Notes under the pieces: model-generated
What the model was told of the DNA's origin: nothing
Databases searched by the model: none
The model's input: the letters and a program-made list of their open reading frames with translations, nothing else
Translations under genes and position numbers: made by a program
Shown here: positions 54,187 to 62,189 of the stretch, piece by piece
How positions within the stretch are numbered: the stretch's first letter is position 1
Layout: each line of letters begins with the position of its first letter
Assembly: GCF_006345805.1 (NCBI RefSeq)
Contig: NW_021832429.1
Coordinates: forward strand, 1 to 62,189
Length of the DNA stretch: 62,189 bases
Direction of reading: 5' to 3'
Source: Octopus sinensis
Lineage: Eukaryota

Positions 54187-55092
54187 CCATAAGGCAGTCT
54201 TCACATGGTTGCCTGACCTGCTAAAAATAGCAGCCGAATCTTCTGGAAATCACACATTTCGCTATACAGTAAAAAGTATGGACCCCATTCAGCGATGTGA
54301 TGTACCCTTAAATTGACGTGAGAGTCACGACTGGAGTATACTTCTCATTTATATATCGTGTAGAAAATCTGCTCAATCAGAACCCCTACATGGACTTAAC
54401 AACTCGCAGTACCACTAGTAGTAGTAGTGGTAGTGGTAGTAGTAGTAGTGGTGGTAATGGTAGAGGTGGTAGTAGTAGCAGGTATTTGTGGTGGTGATGC
54501 TAGTAGTAGGGGTGGTGGTGGTAGTAGTTGTGGTCATAATTGTAGTACTTGTAGTAATAATGGTAGTGGAAGTAATAGTAGTTGTGGCGGTAGCAGTGGT
54601 GGTGGTGGTGGTGGTGGTGGTGGTAGCAGTAGTATAAATTTCACCAGTGCTGCTAGTAGGTGGCACTGGTATTCCACAAATGCTTATAATTAGCAAAAAC
54701 AAAAACGCAAAATGAAAAAAATAAAAATAATAATAATTACAATAAAAAAAACAATAATAAACATTCAGCAACAGAGATAAAACAAGATAAAATGAATAAA
54801 TAAATAAATAATTTTTTGTCGGCAGGGGGGGGGGTGTAAAAAAAATTAACGATAATAATAATAATAATGATAATAATAATACTATGATAAAAGACCAGTC
54901 AGACATTGAAGTCGTTTTAATGTTATTCCTATGAAGCATTCTTTATGGGAATGGAATTCCCCCTCCGTATAAAACAGAGACGCAGTCGTAGTCGTGTGGT
55001 AAGAAGAAGCTTGCGTCCCAACCACACCGTTTCGGGTTCAGTTCCTCTGTGTGGCATCTTGGGCAAATGTCTTCTACCATAAATATAACTCC

Positions 55093-55720
55093 CGGCAAGC
55101 TGGCAGAAACGTAAGCACGCCGGGCGAAATGCATAGCGGTATTTCGTCTGCCGCTACGTTCTGAGTTCAAATTCCGCTGAGGTCGACTTTGCCTTTCATC
55201 CTTTCGGGGTCGATAAATTAAGTACCAGTTACGCACTGGAGTCGATGTAATCGACTTAATCCGTTTGTCTGTCCTTGTTTGTCCCCTCTGTGTCTAGCCC
55301 CTTGTGGGCAGTAAAGATATAGGTATTTCGTCTGCCGTTACGTTCTGAGTTCAAATTCCGCCGAGGTCGACTTTGCCTTTCATCCTTTCGGGGTCGATTA
55401 AATAAGTACCAGTTACGCACTGGGGTCGATTAAATAAGTACCAGTTACGCACTGGGTCGATTAAATAAGTACCAGTTACGCACTGGGGTCGATGTAATCG
55501 ACTTAATACCTATGTCTGTCCTTGTTTGTCCCCTCTGTGTTTAGCCCCTTGTGGGTAATAAAGAAATAGGTATTTCGTCTGCCGTTACGTTCTGAGTTCA
55601 AATTCCACCGAGGTCGAGTTTGCCCTTTCATTCTTTCGGGGTCGATAAATAATTTAAATATCAGTTGCGTACTGGGGGTCGATCTAAAATGTCGGGCTTT
55701 GTGCCTAGAGTAGAAAAGTG
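55093..55720 (+). mobile_element. Family A SINE tandem multimer with internal 32-bp triplication
   Basis: One headed unit followed by headless ~180-bp units joined at aaagaaatag|gtatttcg. Confidence 0.85.
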
Positions 55721-55871
55721 TAAATATAGCTCTCGGCTGACCAAAACCTTGTGAGTGGATTTCGTAAACGGAAACTGGATGAAGCCCGATATATGTCAAT
55801 TCCACGCGGGTCTTAATCTTGGAACTTGTCTTATAAAGCCTCTCCACAGATATCGGCTACCAGATACAATG

Positions 55872-56001
55872 GATTCGATCCTCGATCGCCAAATTTGACT
55901 TAACAGTTTAACAACACTTTTCTCACGATAAAACAATAGTTTTTCTGAGTGACAGCAGTTATATTTACCAGATGCCTTTTTGGCGATTGAGGATCGAATT
56001 C
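55872..56001. mobile_element. Small MITE-like element with 20-bp TIRs
   Basis: ttcgatcctcgatcgccaaa ... tttggcgattgaggatcgaa (1 mismatch). Confidence 0.55.
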
Positions 56002-56221
56002 ACGCCATGTCTGCATGAAACCACTACACATCTACTCTTTTATCCTTTTACTTGCTTCAGTTATGTGACTGTGGCCATGCTGGAGCACCGCCTTTAGTCG
56101 AGAAAATCAACCCCAAGACTTATTCTTCTAAGTCTTGTACTTATTCTATCAGTCTCTTTTGCCGAACCGCTAAGTTACGGGGACCTAAACACAACAGCGT
56201 CGGTTGTCAAACAGACACACA

Positions 56222-56294
<73 letters not shown>

Positions 56295-56354
56295 TTATTA
56301 GTGAATTGAAGAAATGGAGTTGAACGAAGATTGAACAGAATTCCTTTTATTGCA

Positions 56355-56436
56355 TTCTACACACGTTTCCAAAAGCCACAATTTTCCAAAATTCTGATTA
56401 AATAAGGATCCCATATTGCGGCTTTCTCTTCAGAAA
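56355..56436 (-). ncRNA. Inverted second copy of the hammerhead motif
   Basis: Reverse complement of the 56535-56614 motif with CTGAAGA intact; one extra G before GAAA and homopolymer length differences. Confidence 0.6.
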
Positions 56437-56534
56437 GAAATAGGATTCCGTTGGGGCTCTTAAGAGCCGCCTCGATCAAATTGCTTTGCTGCGCCTCTGT
56501 TCTGTTTTGTTCTGCCAACGGAATTCCTATTTTT

Positions 56535-56614
56535 TTCCTGAAGAGAAAGCCGCAATATGGGATCCTTATTTAATCAGAATTTGGAAAATTGTGGCTTTTG
56601 AAACGTGTGTAGAA
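56535..56614 (+). ncRNA. Type I hammerhead ribozyme motif (Penelope pLTR type) with intact core
   Basis: Stem I ttc/gaa; core CTGAAGA 56538-56544; 12-bp stem II gaaagccgcaat/attgtggctttt; GAAA 56600-56603; short stem III ACG-tg-TGT; GUA cleavage triplet (after 56611); AATAAA immediately downstream. Confidence 0.7.
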
Positions 56615-56826
56615 TGCAATAAAAGGAATTCTGTTCAATCTTCGTTCAACTCCATTTCTTCAATTCACTAATAATACTAAAATTCAATTATCCGCACCAA
56701 CGCACGGTTGCGTCACCAAAAGGTTTTATCTCCAACCGTGCTTTCTTCTGCCGTGATTTTTGCTACCAAGGTATCGGTTAAACTTTTGATTAATCTGCAA
56801 CAAGATTATTCATCTTTCTATTTTAA

Positions 56827-56860
<34 letters not shown>

Positions 56861-57060
56861 GACGGACTTATTTCAGTTTCCGTCTACCAAATCCACTCAC
56901 AAGGCTTTGGTCGGTCCGAGGTTATAGTAGAAGACACTGGCTCAAGGTGCCACGTAGTGGGACTGAACCCGGAACCATGTGGTTCGTAAGGAAGCTACTT
57001 ACCACACAGCCACTCCTACGCCTATATCTGTATATTTTTAATAGAGAGGATAGGTTGGGA

Positions 57061-57186
57061 GTGGATCCTCAGCCTGAGGGAATTCGAGTGGACCCTCAAC
57101 CTGAGGGAATCTGAGTGGACCCTCAGCCTGAGAGAATTCGAGTGGACCCTCAACCTGAAGGAATTCGAGTGAACCCTCAGCCTCAG
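57061..57186. repeat. 27-bp minisatellite, ~4.7 units, each with a 6-bp hairpin
   Basis: Unit gtggaccctcagcctgagggaattcga; ccctca-gcc-tgaggg stem-loop; units alternate cagcc/caacc. Confidence 0.9.
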
Positions 57187-57953
57187 TGTAGGGAATTGGT
57201 CAGTCCACGCACGCTTGCTATAAATTGTGATCTTCGCATTAAATTATTGCAATTGAAAAGAGCTTATCAGTAAATTAATTTATTGCAATTATTGCAATTA
57301 ATTTTCGACCAATTAATTTGTGACAACCCCTGCCCTCGGGGCCTTTTAACATCAAAAAGAAAAAAAAAATCCTTTGTGTATTGTAGAAGTATAACTAATT
57401 TATTACGCATAAACTTTAACAAAAAAATCTTATATGGACCCCTTCCCCCCGCCCTCCAAGGGTCCACATGACCCACGAAGGTTATGTAGACCCCGGTTGA
57501 GAATCACTGGTCAAGGACTCGATGTTAACGGTGACGACTTTGCTTGGCGCAGTTGAATAACAAAATCTGGTTTAAGTATCCGTAGAAGAACGTCAACCAC
57601 AAACAAACCTCTCTCCCTCTCTTCCACCCACACAATACAAGCGTGCACAGACCGATGTTATTCGCCATTATAATCTTTAATAATATTTTCTTTACTCAGG
57701 TTCCAGACAGATACGTTGTCGTCATCATCGTCATCATCATCATCATCAGTGTCACTATGATCGTCATCATCAACATTATCATCATCATCATTATTATTGT
57801 TATTATTATTTTCGTTTTCCTCTTCTCATTAAATATATCGCCGGCCTGAACAGCGGCATTCTCTCCACCAACACCAACACCACCACCATTTCTCTCTTTC
57901 TGATTACGTACAAGTTATATAGAAACGACCCACCGATATTAAAAAAAAGCACC

Positions 57954-58002
<49 letters not shown>

Positions 58003-58029
58003 ACAGGACGAAAAACGAAATGTATAATA

Positions 58030-58094
<65 letters not shown>

Positions 58095-58379
58095 TGTTTT
58101 TTGCCTTTTATATTCGTCCCTTTTGCTGTCCCGGTGTTCGTATGCATTCGATCCTTCTTCCAGGAAATCTACGCTCCCAGCTTAGTTTTTCTAATGCTCG
58201 TTGCTTAGTTTTTCTTGGAGGGCTGGCCGTGATCTAGTAATCTCAAGATTAATCAGCCGAAATTACTACGATGATCCGGTTCTTGACTGAAGACTGAGGG
58301 TTTCGATGTCCTGTCCGTTGTTTTGTATCGTCTTCTAAGAGTTATACGTTTTGTCCATGTTGTTATTTTCTACATACCT

Positions 58380-58408
58380 TTTATATATATATATATATAT
58401 ATATTATA

Positions 58409-58445
<37 letters not shown>

Positions 58446-58545
58446 CATACATACCTATATACATATACATACATACATACATATTATACATACATATACA
58501 TATATATACATACATATACATATATATACATACATTACATATTTA

Positions 58546-58591
<46 letters not shown>

Positions 58592-59336
58592 TTCGTGTTA
58601 CGCTTAGGAGTGATGCACGGTACCAGATTTTCGAATTTTGTTATATGTATACATATGTGGTGTACGTATGAGCATACCTATGTATATATATATATACACA
58701 CACACACATAAATATACTGGTGGAAAAGGACTGATGCTATTTAACTTGGTTACTAGTTGTAGTAGCAGCACTACCACCATCACCACCACCGCCATCATCA
58801 CCATCATCATCAAGAACACCCTACAAACTAACATTTAACCGCACTAGCAACAGAAACATCGTAACACAACCACCACCACCACCACCACAACCACCAACAG
58901 CACTGACACTAACAACAGCAGCAGCAGCAACAATAACAACAACAACGACAACACCAGTAGTCTCAACATTAACACCATCAGCTGTAGTTTAGCCGGCTTG
59001 CTACTTAATTCCAACTTCCAGCCAACTAGCAGTTCGACCGAAGCCGTTAATACTACCTGCATGACCACTATGGATTAAACTACGTATATAAATATATATA
59101 CATACATACATACATATATAAATATATACACACACACATATATATATATATATACATACACACATATATATATATATATACATACACACATATATATATA
59201 TATACATACACACATACATATATATATATACACACACACATATATATATATATATACACACATATATATAATATATATATACACACACATATATATATAT
59301 ATATATATACTTACAAATACTACATGACTAGACCTG

Positions 59337-59368
<32 letters not shown>

Positions 59369-59962
59369 CGAGGGTGTAGAGAGATGGGGATTCATAGCGT
59401 TGGTGTGTATGTGTATATGTATATATATATATATCTATATATATATATATATATTTATATATGTATGTATATATAGATATGTGTCGTGGTTTATGGATTA
59501 AGTTCTGTGTATATACGAGAGAAGAGGAAGAGATACAGGTAGTCAGTGTTGGTATGTGTATGTAGTATATCTATGTTTTGTGTGGTATATCTATACACAT
59601 GTGCGCGTGGCCGGTTATATATGTGCGTATATATATATATAATATATATATATATAGATATTATATATACCATGGATTAAATTGTGTAAATCTGAGAGAA
59701 AAAGTAGAGACGGGTGTTCATGATGTTCATGCATACACACCTATGTATGTATGTATGTATGTATGTATGTATGTGTGGTGTGTGTGTATGTATGTATGTA
59801 TGATGTATGTATGTATGTAGTATGTATGTATGTATGTATGTATGTATGTATGTGTGTATGTATGTATGTAGATGTGTGTGTGTATGTATGTATGTATGTA
59901 TGTATGTGGTGTGTGTGTATGTATGGGTATGTATGTATGTATGTATGTATGTATGACTTGTA

Positions 59963-59995
<33 letters not shown>

Positions 59996-60228
59996 ATGTA
60001 TGTATGTGTTGTGTGTGTAGTATGTATGTATGTATACATGTGTGTGTGCGCGCGAGTGTTAGAGAGAGAGAGCGATGAGAGAGAGAGAATGAGTAAGAGA
60101 GAGAGGGGGGGGAGATTGGAAGTTCAGGTTTTTGGCATGTGTTTGGCAGAGAATTATGTGCATGTGTGTCTATGCCTATCTGTGAGTGTAGCACGAACGA
60201 AAGACGTGTGCAGGATATATATATTATA

Positions 60229-60281
<53 letters not shown>

Positions 60282-60320
60282 GTTTGTTTATATGTATATA
60301 TATTATATATATATGAGAGA
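58380..60320. repeat. Series of (TA)n, (CATA)n and (TATG)n tracts
   Basis: Direct inspection. Confidence 0.9.
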
Positions 60321-61169
60321 GGGACAGAGGGGGAAAGCCAGACGGACGGAGAATAAATATACATATATGTTCTTTAGCTGTTATGGATCTAACCGTTGTT
60401 AATTAAACCATTCACGTAATAATAATATTAAAAAATAAATAAAAAGCGAAAACGAGAAAGGAAGGAAGGAAGGAAGGAAGAACAGCAGAAAGGATAAAAG
60501 AATCAATGCCGTCTCTGATCACCGGCACTTGCATATTGGCAAACTTGTTAGTGCGTCGGACAAAAAATTACTTGCGGCATTTGTTCCGACTCTATGCTCT
60601 TGGTCCAAATTTAATCAAATTCATATTTGCTTTGCATTCCTTCGGAGTCGACATATGATGCACCAGTGAAATAGTGGGACCACTTGAATCGGCTAACCAT
60701 TGCCTCTCCGCCCCTAACTTTCCAGGCCTTGTGGGTTTTTTTTATTATCAGAGACCCTTATTGAAGGGCGATAGACTGCTAGAATCGTTGAGAGCAGTCA
60801 TGGGCTGACTGCGGCACGCGAGACTTTCGGAATGGCACGCGAACGAAAAATTACCTTGATTTAAAAAAAAAACACTTTTTTAATGTAGTGGTTTGCCTGA
60901 AGATGAACTGTGTCCCATGAGACCCGTTTCTCGAAAATAGGTGCCGATGTTGGTGTTAGAGTGTCGGATAAAACGCCTATATATCTTTTCAATTTTTTTT
61001 CATTCAGGGTTCAAATCTCGCTGCGATTAAGTTTCCCTATCATCTATCTGGGATGGATAAACTAAAGTACTAATCTGGTGTTAGGGTCGATAATCTCAAC
61101 AAAAATCTGCCCCTAAAATTTCAGGCCTTGAAGACTAATATAAAAGCTATCATCATCATCATAATCATC

Positions 61170-62090
61170 AAGGCGGCGAGCTGGCAGAAACGTTAGCACG
61201 CCGGGCGAAATGCGTGGCCGTATTTCGTCTGCCGCTACGTTCTGAGTTCAAATTCCGCCGAGGTCGACTTTGCCTTTCACCCTTTCGGGGTCGATTAAAT
61301 AAGTATCAGTTACACACTGGGGTCCATGTAATCGACTTAATCCGTTTGTCTGGGCTTGTTTGTCCCCTCTGTGTTTAGCCCCTTGTGGGTAGGTAAAGAA
61401 ATAGGTATTTCGCACGTCGCTGCGTTCTGAGTTCAGATTCCGCTGAGGTCGACTTTACCTTTCATCCTTTTGGGGTCGATAAAATAAGTAGCAGTTCAAC
61501 ACTGGGATCGATGTAATCGTATCACCCTATCCCACCCCAAATTATTATTATTATTATTATATTATTAATAATAATTACTGGGTGGCAGGGTGGTCTACTA
61601 ACCCTACTCCTAAAATTGCTGGCATTGTGCCAAAATTTGAAACCATTATTATTGTTGTTGTTCGGGTGGCAAGCTGGTAGAATCGTTAGCACGCCGGACG
61701 AAATGCTTTGCGGCATTTCGTCCGACTTTACGTTCGAGTTCAAATTCCACCGAAGTCCTCTTTGCCTTTCAATCTTACGGGGTCGATAAAATAAACGCCT
61801 GTTGAATAGTGGGATCGAGATAATTGACTTACTCCCTAACCCCAAAATTTCAGGCCTTGTGCCAATAGTGGAAAGGAGTAGCATTAAAGCGGTGAGGTGG
61901 TAGAATCGTCAAGCAGGCTGAACGAAAGGCTTAGCGGTATTTCGCCCGTCGCTACGTTCTGAGTTCAAATTCCGCCGAGGTCGACTTTGCTTTTCATCCT
62001 TTCGGGGTCAATAAAAATTCAGTAGCATTAAAACAGTGGGGTCGATGTAACCCTCCCCGAAAATGGCTGCCCTTGTGGCAAAATTTAAAA
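61170..62090 (+). mobile_element. Family A SINE cluster (dimer plus two older copies)
   Basis: Same core sequence at 61170-61520, 61660-61870 and 61885-62090. Confidence 0.8.
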
Positions 62091-62189
62091 TCATAACTAC
62101 TACTACTACTACTAATACTACTACTGCTACAAACTTTCACTATACCATCGTCATCCACCCGTCGCATTTATACAAATTACACACATACA

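Larger units (their letters stand above)
56290..56679. mobile_element. ~390-bp palindrome (two ~165-bp inverted arms, ~60-bp spacer), probably inverted Penelope-like pLTRs, inserted in the (TA)n tract of a SINE
   Basis: Arms 56290-56454 and 56515-56679 are near-identical reverse complements, each with a hammerhead motif and AATAAA. The host SINE halves lie at 56030-56225 and 56859-57025. Confidence 0.8.

Noticed and set aside
57061-57186. CRISPR array
   Set aside because: Repeats are contiguous with no unique spacers, in a eukaryotic context with no cas genes.
58270-58345. CTGAAGA...gtttcg motif
   Set aside because: No consistent stem I/II/III arrangement on either strand.
4117-60402. Dozens of IYIY/CVCV/HTHT/poly-L ORFs in the supplied track
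   Set aside because: Translations of (TA)n, (CA)n, (CATA)n and triplet microsatellites or of SINE consensus; no domain content.

Overview
AT-rich animal genomic DNA dominated by (TA)n/(CATA)n/(AAT)n microsatellites and tRNA-derived SINEs. The repeat families look like those of Octopus (inference from pattern recognition, not a search). The only clearly recognisable host gene is a matrix metalloproteinase most similar to MMP21, on the minus strand. One very large exon (26195->22399, AG/GT bounded) encodes the pro-domain, a cysteine switch (SRCGNKD), about 1,100 aa of Ser/Thr/Asn-rich microsatellite-derived insertion with several furin sites, and the start of the catalytic domain. A single extra base in a (TAC)n tract at ~24244 splits it into the two listed ORFs. 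A candidate upstream exon with a poly-Leu signal-like segment (52019->51145) is broken the same way. The zinc-binding and hemopexin exons were not found in the window. The repeat landscape includes Penelope-type hammerhead-ribozyme motifs: a ~390-bp palindrome with two divergent hammerheads nested in a SINE, plus two core-variant copies whose stems covary. It also has RTE and CR1/L2-like LINE 3' fragments, modular SINEs with swapped tails, tandem SINE multimers, MITEs, a mariner remnant and two tandem duplications. Most ORFs in the supplied track are microsatellite or SINE artefacts.
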